A DNA stretch of 32,000 nt from Candidatus Saccharimonadota bacterium (GCA_002421785.1 DIRZ01000002.1:330001-362000); one strand, 5' to 3'. Counted from the first letter of the stretch, positions 15,452-24,004 are shown. Made by a program: numbers and translations. The notes: a model not told the origin generated them from the letters alone.

Positions 15452-16012
15452 ATGTATCAGCCAACTGATTTGAAAAAAGGCGTGGTTTGCCAGATTGACG
15501 GTAAGCCTTACCGCGTGATTGACTATGGCCAGAAGGTTATGGGGCGTGGCGGTAGTATCGTGAATGTGAAGCTCAAAAACCTGATTGACGGAAGTGTTAT
15601 TCCCAAAACATTCAAGGGGCAGGACAAGATTGAAACCGCTGAAGTAAGTAACAAAACCGTCCAGTACTTGTACAGTGACGGCGATACGTACTACTTCATG
15701 GATCCAGAAACCTTTGAGCAGTTTGAGCTTTCGAGCGACACTGTTGACGACGCAAAAAGCTACCTAAAAGAAGGGGATAGCCTGACGCTGCAGTTCTTTG
15801 GTGAGCGCATCATCAATGTCGAGCTACCAAAGAACTTGTTTTTGGAAGTTACCTACACCGAAGACGTGGTCAAAGGCGACACCACTAGCAGCGTGCTTAA
15901 GGACGCTACCCTTGAGACCGGTCTAACTGTGAAGGTGCCGTCATTCATCAAGACGGGTGACGTCATCAGTGTTGACACCGGCACAGGTGAATACCGCGAA
16001 CGTAAGAAGTAA
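15452..16012 (+). CDS. efp: elongation factor P
   Basis: 186 aa, DLKKGVVCQIDGKPYRVIDYGQKVMGRGGSIVNVKLKNL. Confidence 0.96.
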   Translation: MYQPTDLKKGVVCQIDGKPYRVIDYGQKVMGRGGSIVNVKLKNLIDGSVIPKTFKGQDKIETAEVSNKTVQYLYSDGDTYYFMDPETFEQFELSSDTVDDAKSYLKEGDSLTLQFFGERIINVELPKNLFLEVTYTEDVVKGDTTSSVLKDATLETGLTVKVPSFIKTGDVISVDTGTGEYRERKK

Positions 16013-16027
16013 CGATAAGCGGTTTAG

Positions 16028-16036
16028 TGATAAAAT
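16028..16036 (+). promoter_or_regulatory. extended -10 (TGA-TAAAAT) 6 nt from ATG 16043, a candidate leaderless promoter
   Basis: TG at 16028-16029, TAAAAT at 16031-16036, ATG at 16043. It overlaps the left arm of the efp terminator. Confidence 0.4.
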
Positions 16037-16070
16037 AGGCGTATGTGGAAGCACAAGCGCCTATTTTTTG
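16033..16070 (+). terminator. efp intrinsic terminator
   Basis: 9-bp stem AAATAGGCG (16033-16041) / CGCCTATTT (16058-16066), 16-nt loop, and a T-run to 16069. Confidence 0.7.
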
Positions 16071-17713
16071 TGGCAGGGGGAATCCTGATTGCCGCTATTT
16101 GTGCGCAGCTACTGTACCCGTATGACATGGCGTTGCCACTGGCGCGTTCACAGGGGAGTGTGGTCGGGTTCCGAACACGTAACGAGCTGGCTGCACAGTT
16201 CCAACAGCAATTTGAATCCGCCTCGGTTGCGGTTGCAAATGGTGATCGTACGGCGACTAGAAAACTTTCCGCGCTCGGAGCGACGCTCAATGCGGACCGG
16301 ATGGCCGATACTCTGACCGCCTACCCTTTATGGCTGCGATTTATTCCATTTTCCGCGATTATTATGCAGCCTCAGGTAAAGACACTCGATGTCGAACTAG
16401 CCGGTACAAAGCTGCAGGAGAACACTGCAAGTATCGCGACCGAGCTTTCGTACAGTCCTACCGATGCGACGCTCGCTATCAATGACGGTAAGCTAGCGGT
16501 CGTGGCTGCACGTAACGGAAAAACCGTCACCGCAAAAGACGTGAGAAGCGCGCTGATTACGACGCAGTACACGGCGGGTATCACGAAGATGACCGTAAAG
16601 GCAGTAAATGCGCCCCCGGCGCGGGCAGATACAGATATCGCAACGGCAAAAGCTCAGGCTGAGCTGGCGCTGTCACGGACTATTACCCTGAATATTCAGG
16701 GTAAGGGGGAGTTTACTCCTGACGTCGCGACGCGTGCAAGCTGGCTTGTCATTAAGCTTGACGTTACACCCGCCACACTGACCGTTGACCGCGATAAGGT
16801 GCTGCAGTACGTCAACGGCGTTAATGGCAAAGTTGCCGTAGCGCCGCAAAGTATGACGGTGACAGTTGTTGACGGTAACGAAACAGGGCGAAGCGGTGGC
16901 ACAAATGGCAGCGCTCTCGATACGGCCGCCGTCACAGACGAACTGTCGGTAGCCCTAATCGATGGGGCGAAGCCCGCTACCGTGACAGCTGCGATGCAGC
17001 CAGTGGCACCCGGAATCATATATGCGAGGAGCTATACAAACAGTCAGGAGGGACTGCGAGCGTATGTTGCCTATGCGACGAGCACGCAAAATGTCCGCAT
17101 CGTCGTGCAGCAGCTCGATGGGCCGGGGTGGGGTGCGAGCGGGCGAGCGGATGAAAGCCTGCCAAGTGCCAGTACCTATAAGCTATTTGTGGCAAAGATG
17201 CTGTTCAAGAAGATGGACGAGGGCGCAATTCACTGGGATGACCCTATTCTTGATACGAATGTGAGCGGCTGTTTTGATCGCATGACGATAGCCAGTACGA
17301 ACCCCTGTGCTGTTGAGTGGCTGCAGCAGTTTGGCCGCGACAACATGAATGATTACGTGCACTCCCTCGGGTTCAGCGGGGGAACATCGTTTACTCACCC
17401 TACAGCCGTGCACACGACTGCGGGCGATTTGGCAAAGTTCATGATTGGCCTAGAAAACGGCAGCCTGATAGGCGGGGATTATCGTAACCGGTTGTATCAG
17501 TCGCTGTCGTCGCACCCGTACCGGAATGGCATACCTACTGGGGTAAAAGGAACGGTGTACGACAAGGTTGGCTTCTTGTGGGATTACGTGCATGATTCGG
17601 CAATCGTTTACGGGCCGAAGGGGACATATGTGTTGGTGATCATGACCAAAGGCTATTCCTATGCCTATATTGCGAACGTCGCCCGCCAAATTGAATCGAT
17701 AATGTACCCTTAG
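16043..17713 (+). CDS. membrane-anchored serine hydrolase with a class A beta-lactamase-like C-terminal domain
   Basis: N-terminal TM helix (LFFVAGGILIAAICAQLL). SxxK motif (SASTYKLF), SDN-like ASTNPCA, KTG-like DKVGF. Confidence 0.75.
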   Translation: MWKHKRLFFVAGGILIAAICAQLLYPYDMALPLARSQGSVVGFRTRNELAAQFQQQFESASVAVANGDRTATRKLSALGATLNADRMADTLTAYPLWLRFIPFSAIIMQPQVKTLDVELAGTKLQENTASIATELSYSPTDATLAINDGKLAVVAARNGKTVTAKDVRSALITTQYTAGITKMTVKAVNAPPARADTDIATAKAQAELALSRTITLNIQGKGEFTPDVATRASWLVIKLDVTPATLTVDRDKVLQYVNGVNGKVAVAPQSMTVTVVDGNETGRSGGTNGSALDTAAVTDELSVALIDGAKPATVTAAMQPVAPGIIYARSYTNSQEGLRAYVAYATSTQNVRIVVQQLDGPGWGASGRADESLPSASTYKLFVAKMLFKKMDEGAIHWDDPILDTNVSGCFDRMTIASTNPCAVEWLQQFGRDNMNDYVHSLGFSGGTSFTHPTAVHTTAGDLAKFMIGLENGSLIGGDYRNRLYQSLSSHPYRNGIPTGVKGTVYDKVGFLWDYVHDSAIVYGPKGTYVLVIMTKGYSYAYIANVARQIESIMYP

Positions 17714-17719
17714 CTAGGG

Positions 17720-17725
17720 TAGAAT
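17720..17725 (+). promoter_or_regulatory. -10 box TAGAAT 6 nt from the tlyA ATG
   Basis: TAGAAT at 17720-17725 and ATG at 17732. No SD sequence. Confidence 0.3.
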
Positions 17726-17731
17726 AGATAT

Positions 17732-18454
17732 ATGAAGATACGACTTGACCAAGCCCTCGCGCGGCAAGGGCTCACGCCGACACGCTCTCAGGCAGAGAGC
17801 TGGATTAAGCTTGGCAAGGTAACGGTAGATGGACGGGTTGTCACAAAACCGGGGCATTTTGTGGATGAAGCAGCTATGATTGCACTGACCGCCACTGAAC
17901 AGTATGTTAGCCGAGCGGGGCTGAAGCTGGCGAGTGTGGCAGGCAAGTTCCGTGTGACGTTTGAGGGTAAGGTAGTGCTCGACGTTGGCAGCAGTACGGG
18001 CGGATTTACCGACTATGCGCTGCAGCATGGCGCCAAGCTGGTGTATGCGGTTGATGTGGGTACCGACCAGCTTCACCCGAGCCTGCATGGTCACGAGCGC
18101 ATTGAACTCCACGAAAAGACGGATATCCGTTCATTTCGGCCAGCTGAGGTACCCGACGTCGTAGTGATTGATGTGTCATTCGTGAGTCTACGGGATATCC
18201 TCCCTCATGTTGCGACTATCACAGGCCCGCAGACACTCATTCTGGCCATGGTCAAGCCACAATTTGAAGCCAATCGTGCCCAGGTGGGGAGTAGCGGGGT
18301 TATCAAAAACGACACTGTTCGACGTACTATTTTGCGCGATTTTGAACAGTGGTCGCGAACGTATTTTATGATACAAGACAAAGCCGATAGTGAAGTAAAG
18401 GGCTCTCGCGGTAATCAAGAGCGTTTTTATGTGCTACGAACCCTGGTGAAGTAG
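17732..18454 (+). CDS. tlyA: TlyA-family rRNA 2'-O-methyltransferase (S4 domain plus FtsJ-like methyltransferase)
   Basis: MKIRLDQALARQGL..SRSQA-type S4 N-terminus and SAM motif LDVGSSTGGFTDYALQHGA. Confidence 0.9.
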   Translation: MKIRLDQALARQGLTPTRSQAESWIKLGKVTVDGRVVTKPGHFVDEAAMIALTATEQYVSRAGLKLASVAGKFRVTFEGKVVLDVGSSTGGFTDYALQHGAKLVYAVDVGTDQLHPSLHGHERIELHEKTDIRSFRPAEVPDVVVIDVSFVSLRDILPHVATITGPQTLILAMVKPQFEANRAQVGSSGVIKNDTVRRTILRDFEQWSRTYFMIQDKADSEVKGSRGNQERFYVLRTLVK

Positions 18455-18464
18455 GGGTAAATAC

Positions 18465-18492
18465 TTGCATTTAATGCAAAATATGATATTAT
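18465..18492 (+). promoter_or_regulatory. promoter TTGCAT-N16-TATTAT with TGA extended -10, overlapped by a palindrome
   Basis: TTGCAT at 18465-18470 and TATTAT at 18487-18492, preceded by TGA. The palindrome TTGCAT-TTA-ATGCAA (18465-18479) covers the -35. Confidence 0.5.
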
Positions 18493-18621
18493 AAAACGTA
18501 ACGGTGGCTTGTCTTTCATGGCAAGCCAGTGTTGTGTTCGACCAGAACGCGTAGTTTTAGCTGCTCGTCTGGTGCGAGTAGTTAAAAATCTGGTCATTAC
18601 CAACAAAGAAGGGAGACGTAG

Positions 18622-20190
18622 ATGCCTCGCATCACGTCGTGGCTCAAGAAGTCACTCACGGTCTTCATGACCGTGGCTCTCGTGGGCAGCCTGGGAGCTG
18701 GTGCCGCGCATGCGGAAACCACCCCGCCTCCGAGCGCCACCGCGACGATCACGGAAGTGATCATCCCCGAGAAGCCCCCGTTCGATGACCCCTGCAACCC
18801 TGTGGGTGTCACGAGCAACATCGACTGGACAGGGCCGCTTCCGGCCTCCACCGACGAGATCCTGTGGATCGAGAACGCCAAGGGTGATGTCCGCACGGCG
18901 TCGCTCATCGACACGGCCAACACGGTCTGGTCCGACGGCACGGTGAGCCCCAAGCCCTACCGTCTCGTCGATTCCGGCGTCGCCTGCGAGGTTCCCATCG
19001 TCAAGGTCACGAAGCCCTCGGCTCCGTTGCCCCTCGACGAGTGCAACCCCGTCGGCGTCACGAGCAACATCAAGTGGAAGGACCCGCTTCCGGCCGACAC
19101 GGCCCAGATCAACTGGACCGAGAACGCCGCGGGCACCGTCCGTACCGCTGCGCTGGTCGACACCGAGAAGACCACCTGGGACGACGGTTCCGTCGCACCC
19201 CTGACCTTCACGCTGCCGGCTGATTCCGGCGTCGCCTGCGAGGTTCCCATCGTTCAGACCAAGGCATTCGTGTGCAAGTACGTGGGCACGGGCGAGAACG
19301 AGCGTCTGCAGACGGGGAACAACCCGATCATGATCGACCGCAAGGACGACATGGTCATCGGTTCGTTCTTCGGCGACGCGCAGAACCGCAGCGTCGTCAT
19401 CGGTTTCGGCAACCCGGGCGATCCGGACATGCCGATTTCCGCCTGCCCGGCTCCGCCCGAGACCCCGGACCCTGTCGTGACTGTCACGACCGAGTCCCGG
19501 GACAACTGCGAGCTCGGCTACGTCCAGACCCGGACGGTCACCACCACGCGTTCCTACACGTGGCAGGGAACCGACGGTTGGGTACTGGGCGACCCTGTGT
19601 CCAGCTACGGCGAGTGGGTTAACACCGACACGCCGGCAGCTGACTGCGAGGTCGTGTACCTGGACTTCACTCCTGTGACCGTCACCGCCACCTGTGGCGC
19701 CGTGACGTTCGCGAATCCGACCGGCAACCCTGCGGTCACCGTGTACTACGGTGACTTCATGCTGGGTGCGCCGGATGGTTCAGTGGTCGTGAAGCCCGGC
19801 AAGTCGGTGAAGGTGAAGACCGAACGGACTTCGCTGGACGGCATCGTCTTCGCCGAGGGGTACTACGATCAGCTGTTCGAGAACGTGGCCGTGGAGCAGA
19901 AGTGCGCCACACCGGTCGATCCCAAGCCCCCGGTCAAGCCGGAGCCTCCGGTTGTCACCAAGCCTCAGCCGCCGGCTCCGCAGAGCGAATGGGTCGACAC
20001 CGAGAAGCTGGTGAAGCCCGTGATCGACGCGGGCATCGACACGCCGGCAACGGTGACCTCGCTGGTCGGCGGCTCGGTGTTCAACACCACCGCTACCGGC
20101 ATCGCTGTGGCAACCCTGCTGCTCATGCTGAGCGTGGCTCTGGCCTGGCGTCAGCGCAGCAAGCTCGCCGCGGTGTTCACCCGGCGGTAA
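18622..20190 (+). CDS. secreted, C-terminally anchored, GC-rich repeat-containing surface protein (522 aa)
   Basis: Signal peptide ...GAGAAHA|ET. Two tandem modules of about 84 aa. Pro-rich stalk PVDPKPPVKPEPPVVTKPQPPAPQ. C-terminal hydrophobic helix plus RQRSK...RR tail. About 67% GC (40/60 at 18661-18720). Confidence 0.85.
   Translation: MPRITSWLKKSLTVFMTVALVGSLGAGAAHAETTPPPSATATITEVIIPEKPPFDDPCNPVGVTSNIDWTGPLPASTDEILWIENAKGDVRTASLIDTANTVWSDGTVSPKPYRLVDSGVACEVPIVKVTKPSAPLPLDECNPVGVTSNIKWKDPLPADTAQINWTENAAGTVRTAALVDTEKTTWDDGSVAPLTFTLPADSGVACEVPIVQTKAFVCKYVGTGENERLQTGNNPIMIDRKDDMVIGSFFGDAQNRSVVIGFGNPGDPDMPISACPAPPETPDPVVTVTTESRDNCELGYVQTRTVTTTRSYTWQGTDGWVLGDPVSSYGEWVNTDTPAADCEVVYLDFTPVTVTATCGAVTFANPTGNPAVTVYYGDFMLGAPDGSVVVKPGKSVKVKTERTSLDGIVFAEGYYDQLFENVAVEQKCATPVDPKPPVKPEPPVVTKPQPPAPQSEWVDTEKLVKPVIDAGIDTPATVTSLVGGSVFNTTATGIAVATLLLMLSVALAWRQRSKLAAVFTRR
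18784..19254 (+). repeat. in-frame tandem duplication, two modules of about 252 nt (84 aa)
   Basis: CNPVGVTSNI(D/K)W...DSGVACEVPIV occurs twice. There is an exact 32-nt identity GATTCCGGCGTCGCCTGCGAGGTTCCCATCGT at 18970-19001 and 19222-19253. Confidence 0.85.
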
Positions 20191-20295
20191 TGGCCACCCT
20201 CGCTCCGCTTCCTAGGAAGTAGGGCACTTTGGGGTCGTTCCCGGTTCGCTTCGTGCGTTCCGGGGGCGGCCCCCTCTTTAATATCCATGAGTCGA

Positions 20296-20324
20296 TTTAC
20301 AAAATATCATATTTATGCTATAGT
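20296..20324 (+). promoter_or_regulatory. promoter TTTACA-N17-TATAGT with TGC extended -10
   Basis: TTTACA at 20296-20301 and TATAGT at 20319-20324. The spacer ends with TTTATGC. Confidence 0.6.
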
Positions 20325-20411
20325 TTATAATAAGCTCTCGTCGTGAGGGCATGTATCTGGTTTATCCAGATGTTCGACAATTCGATTCCAAGACAGGTGA
20401 AGGAGGTGACT

Positions 20412-21182
20412 ATGCGTCACGCATCGCGAATGAAAGCCTGGGTGTTCTGGATGATCGCCCTCGCTGCAAGTACGCTCGTCGCAACGCTGGTCTACGTACT
20501 TTTCAGTCAGCCACCCCAGCCGACGCCGGTAGTCACCGCACCAGTTGCCACGCGTTCAACGCCGCCGCCAGTTGCAGTCAGCCCGACGTCCACACCTACG
20601 CCATCACCCACGCCCAGTCCGACGGTATCACCACCCGTGCTAATCGAGCAGTCGATGCCCGAGGAGCTGTATGTGCCATCATTGGACATCAAACGTGATG
20701 TGGCCAAGGCGCCCTGCCCGATAGTCAACGGCAAGATCGATCCTGCTCGCGACGACTACATGCGCACGTGTGCAGTACGTGGGGCGGGCCTTCGCACCGA
20801 ATTGCCTGGTACGTCAGCGCCAAACACCACGATGATCGTGGGGCACACCTGGCACGCTAAGCCCACCTGGCAGGCAAGTGTCGACTCTGCTGCTTTCAAC
20901 GCCCTGTACAACTGGGACAAGGGAGACGCAGGGGAATACACCCTGAGGGTAGGTGATGAAGTGTGGGTGCGCACGGAGGCAAGCGGTAGTCGCTGGCTGG
21001 TGTACACCGTCACAGGCTTCGACGAGCCCACCAAGACTGTCGGCAACGACAACTTGTGGGGTTTTCAGGAGCAACCGGTGCCTGGCCAGCTCAAACTTGT
21101 CGGGTGTCAGCAGAAGACCGATGGCACCAAGTCCACCAACAACATTGTGGTAAACGCCCAGTTTACCCGTGTTCAGGGCTAG
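20412..21182 (+). CDS. sortase-like transpeptidase (class E/F-like), membrane-anchored with a Pro/Thr-rich linker
   Basis: GAAGGAGG SD 6 nt upstream of the ATG. TM helix, then MIVGHTWH (His), VGDEVWV...YTV, LKLVGC (TLxTC-like Cys) and NNIVVNAQF. Start moved from 20343. Confidence 0.65.
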   Translation: MRHASRMKAWVFWMIALAASTLVATLVYVLFSQPPQPTPVVTAPVATRSTPPPVAVSPTSTPTPSPTPSPTVSPPVLIEQSMPEELYVPSLDIKRDVAKAPCPIVNGKIDPARDDYMRTCAVRGAGLRTELPGTSAPNTTMIVGHTWHAKPTWQASVDSAAFNALYNWDKGDAGEYTLRVGDEVWVRTEASGSRWLVYTVTGFDEPTKTVGNDNLWGFQEQPVPGQLKLVGCQQKTDGTKSTNNIVVNAQFTRVQG

Positions 21183-21205
21183 CAAGTCTGCCAGGAATCG
21201 AATAC

Positions 21206-21251
21206 GCCCCCAATCCATGCCGAAAGGTGTGGAGCGGGGGCTTCTTTATTT
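21206..21251 (+). terminator. possible terminator between the sortase-like gene and ychF
   Basis: GCCCCC-(24 nt)-GGGGGC followed by TTCTTTATTT. The long loop makes it weak. Confidence 0.35.
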
Positions 21252-22328
21252 GGACACGTTAAAGCGGAATTCGACCACGTCGTCGGGTTTCATGACATAC
21301 TCGCGGCCCTCGGTGCGGACTTTGCCCGCAGCTTTGGCGGCGGCTTCTGAGCCTGCGCTCACCAGGTCGTAATAATCGACGATTTGCGCTGCAATGAAGC
21401 CGCGCTCGAAATCAGTGTGAATCACTCCGGCAGCTTGGGGAGCGGTAAAACCTTGTTTAATCGTCCAGGCGCGAACTTCTTTGGGCCCTGCGGTCAGGTA
21501 GCTTTGGAGGCCGAGGATGTCGTAGGCAGCATGAATCATTTGCGTCAGGCCCGCTTCGGGAATGTCGTATGCAGCCAATAGCTCGGCTGCGTCAGAAGGG
21601 TTTAACCCTTTAATTTCGTCCTCAAGCTTTGCGCAAATGAATAGCGCATGGCTCCCCTCGGCGAGTTCTTTTAGCTCGGCTTTTTTGGCGTCATCTCCTA
21701 GCGTTTCTTCATTTACATTGAACACGTAAATGACGGGTTTGGCTGTCAGCAGGTGTAAGTCCTGAATGAGTTCTGTCTGCAAATCACTCACATGGGTAAG
21801 CAGGACGCCACTTTCAAGGTGGGTTTTGAGTGATGCAAGGTATTCGGCCACACTTTTTGCCTTTGGGTCGGCTTTTGCTTCTTTGTGCAGGCGTAGTAAT
21901 CGGGTCTCAATGGTCTGCAGGTCGGCTAGCGCAAGCTCGGTATTGATTGTTTCGATGTCACGCTTGGGGTCAACGCCATCTTCGACATGTAATATGTCTG
22001 AATTCTCGAACGCCCGAACAATATGCACGATGGCGTCGCATTGGCGAATGTTGGCCAGGAACTTGTTGCCCAGGCCTTCACCTTTGCTAGCGCCAGCGAC
22101 GAGGCCAGCGATATCTACAAAGGTAACGGTTGCGGGGATGATTTTCTCGGCATTATAGAGCCGTGCTAGCATGCCAAGTCGCTTGTCGGGTACTGGCACG
22201 ATACCGGTGTTAGGCTCAATGGTGGCGAATGGGTAATTAGCCGCCAAAATGTCGTTATTTGTCAGGGCGTTAAACAGGGTAGATTTGCCTACATTTGGTA
22301 GGCCAACGATGCCTATACTGAGAGACAT
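21246..22328 (-). CDS. ychF: ribosome-binding ATPase YchF (Obg-like GTPase family)
   Basis: [24 protein letters not shown]1 motif. 360 aa with a TGS-like C-terminus. Confidence 0.95.
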   Translation of the reverse strand: MSLSIGIVGLPNVGKSTLFNALTNNDILAANYPFATIEPNTGIVPVPDKRLGMLARLYNAEKIIPATVTFVDIAGLVAGASKGEGLGNKFLANIRQCDAIVHIVRAFENSDILHVEDGVDPKRDIETINTELALADLQTIETRLLRLHKEAKADPKAKSVAEYLASLKTHLESGVLLTHVSDLQTELIQDLHLLTAKPVIYVFNVNEETLGDDAKKAELKELAEGSHALFICAKLEDEIKGLNPSDAAELLAAYDIPEAGLTQMIHAAYDILGLQSYLTAGPKEVRAWTIKQGFTAPQAAGVIHTDFERGFIAAQIVDYYDLVSAGSEAAAKAAGKVRTEGREYVMKPDDVVEFRFNVSK

Positions 22329-22755
22329 GGTTGACCTTTTCGTAGGCTGGCGTTAGTGATGGTAAGGGAATGTGTCCCCATATTGTGATCTCCTTTGGAC
22401 TTGCAACGATTTTATCGATGACGCGCTCTATTATAAATTTCTTTTGCTCAAACTCTAGCATGCCAATTTTCCGGGTTGCTTTAAGAATGAGCTCTTCAAT
22501 GTCTATTTTATCAATAATACCTCTGTTTTTCGAACTATTGGCCAATTGTGTGGACAGAGTATTTATTTGCTTGTTGGTTTCGGACATCTGCGAGCTGAAT
22601 AACTCTTCGTCGATCAGACCTTTGCCATATGCATCCAAGTACCGTTTCTGCTCGTTCTTAAGCGATCTAAGAGACTCATCATATGATTGTGAGTTCGCGT
22701 TCGTCTTCTGTATGATTCGCTGCTCTTGCCATCTTTCAGCATGCTCACGGATCAT
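22270..22755 (-). pseudogene. C-terminal remnant of a large serine recombinase (coiled-coil and tail only, no catalytic or zinc-ribbon domains)
   Basis: YLDAYGKGLIDEELFSSQM...coiled coil...FIIERVIDKIVASPKEITIWGHIP matches the typical tail of large serine recombinases. The recombinase-like part is about 22366-22755. The ORF then reads out of frame into the ychF 5' end. Confidence 0.55.
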
Positions 22756-22800
22756 TTTAGGATCCGATAGGAGCTTATTCGCATAGGCGTCGAACCAAAT

Positions 22801-23061
22801 ATGTGCAACACGGCTACTGAAGCTGTCTTCGAGAATTTTGAACTACCAGTACAGGAACGCAAATTGTTTTATGAGCGGGTATCTCAGTATCAAACGATGG
22901 ATCATACTAAAGTTGCCGAAAGTTTTATTAATAATCTGAGCGTAGATGATTTTCCGGAGACCTACAAAGACTCTTCAAACAGAATACTTGGTGAGCAGTT
23001 TGGCGATCTCTCGGCTGCAATTAAGAGGTATGTAAATGATCAACTCAAAGCAGTTAAGTGA
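22801..23061 (+). CDS. hypothetical protein (86 aa)
   Basis: ORF only, with no clear SD and no recognised motif. It is the first plus-strand ORF of the island. Confidence 0.35.
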   Translation: MCNTATEAVFENFELPVQERKLFYERVSQYQTMDHTKVAESFINNLSVDDFPETYKDSSNRILGEQFGDLSAAIKRYVNDQLKAVK

Positions 23062-23143
23062 TGCTGATATAGCAGTTTTAGTGGACTATTTTAAACTTTT
23101 AATAGAAATTGAAACCGAACAGAGAATTAACAGAGACGAATAA
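23036..23143 (+). CDS. possible 35-aa protein (MINSKQLSDADIAVLVDYFKLLIEIETEQRINRDE)
   Basis: Hand-translated. AAGAGG lies 8 nt upstream. It overlaps the previous ORF by 26 nt. Confidence 0.25.
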   Translation: MINSKQLSDADIAVLVDYFKLLIEIETEQRINRDE

Positions 23144-23176
23144 CCGTTCAGTGTGCGATAATTATCTTTAAGAGTC

Positions 23177-24004
23177 ATGAGTTTTTTAGATAACTACGTA
23201 ACGCTTGAAGAAGTACAAGAGGACAATTGCCTATGGCTTAAATACCAGGTTGTTTACGCTGCGGATGCAACGGTAGACATGTTGGCCGATAAAATAGCCG
23301 AGTTGATAATCGAAACAAGATGCCCTGCTGTAATTTACAATCAATGGGTTGATGCGCATGCAGAGGCGGTGACCTTATCCGATATTCAAAAGGAGGCGCT
23401 TCGTATATATATCAAGCCGAGCATAGGGTTACCCGGTAAGTCGGCAACGGATAATGAGTTACAAGCGGTAGTTGCAGAGTATTTCTGGTATGAGATTGTG
23501 AAAAGTAGGGAAGAGCCTGAAGATTTGGTGGATATCCATAAGCCAAGCCTCAGGGTGACAGAGCCGGGTGGCGATGGGTTGGTGATTTATCAGGCTGATT
23601 ATGAATCGTATATTTTCCGTTTGTGGGAGGTTAAGAAGCATGTCACTGATGTCTCGGCTACGAGTAAAATCACCAAAGCTAGTAAGCAGCTGAAAGATAA
23701 CGGGGCGGAGTATCTTGCGAAATTAAGCAAGGTTGAACAAGAGCGTGATCGTGAATATCCGGGACTTTCTCAATATTACGCAGAGCTTGTGCCTAAGTGG
23801 TTAGAATCTTCAAGCGATGCGCACGCGGGGGTTTCGTTATCAAAAGACGACGTAAGCACGGTGACGACGAACCCGATAGGAATTATGAAGACTTATCTAC
23901 CGGGCTTAAACGGCGATAAGCAGCTATCGGCAATTATTATATCAATGCCCGATTTTGCTGAATTTACTAAAAAAGTACAAAGATCTTTATGGAAAGATAT
24001 TTAA
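23177..24004 (+). CDS. PD-(D/E)xK-like nuclease candidate (HamA/DUF1837-like by architecture, unverified)
   Basis: 275 aa. Motif GGD133G...(17 aa)...E151-V-K153 after a helix AEYFWYEIV. AAGAG SD. The 3' end overlaps the helicase start by 16 nt. Confidence 0.6.
   Translation: MSFLDNYVTLEEVQEDNCLWLKYQVVYAADATVDMLADKIAELIIETRCPAVIYNQWVDAHAEAVTLSDIQKEALRIYIKPSIGLPGKSATDNELQAVVAEYFWYEIVKSREEPEDLVDIHKPSLRVTEPGGDGLVIYQADYESYIFRLWEVKKHVTDVSATSKITKASKQLKDNGAEYLAKLSKVEQERDREYPGLSQYYAELVPKWLESSSDAHAGVSLSKDDVSTVTTNPIGIMKTYLPGLNGDKQLSAIIISMPDFAEFTKKVQRSLWKDI

Noticed and set aside
19041-20222. Alternative-frame ORFs (19041..19223, 19272..19622, 19902..20222 plus; 18597..19505 minus) in the GC-rich gene
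   Set aside because: Long stop-free alternative frames are expected in DNA of about 65% GC. These products are Arg/Gly/Pro-rich. The 18622..20190 frame has the signal peptide, repeats and anchor.
22370-22786. 138-aa plus-strand ORF
   Set aside because: It is antisense to the recombinase remnant, whose frame shows family-typical sequence. It has no start signals.
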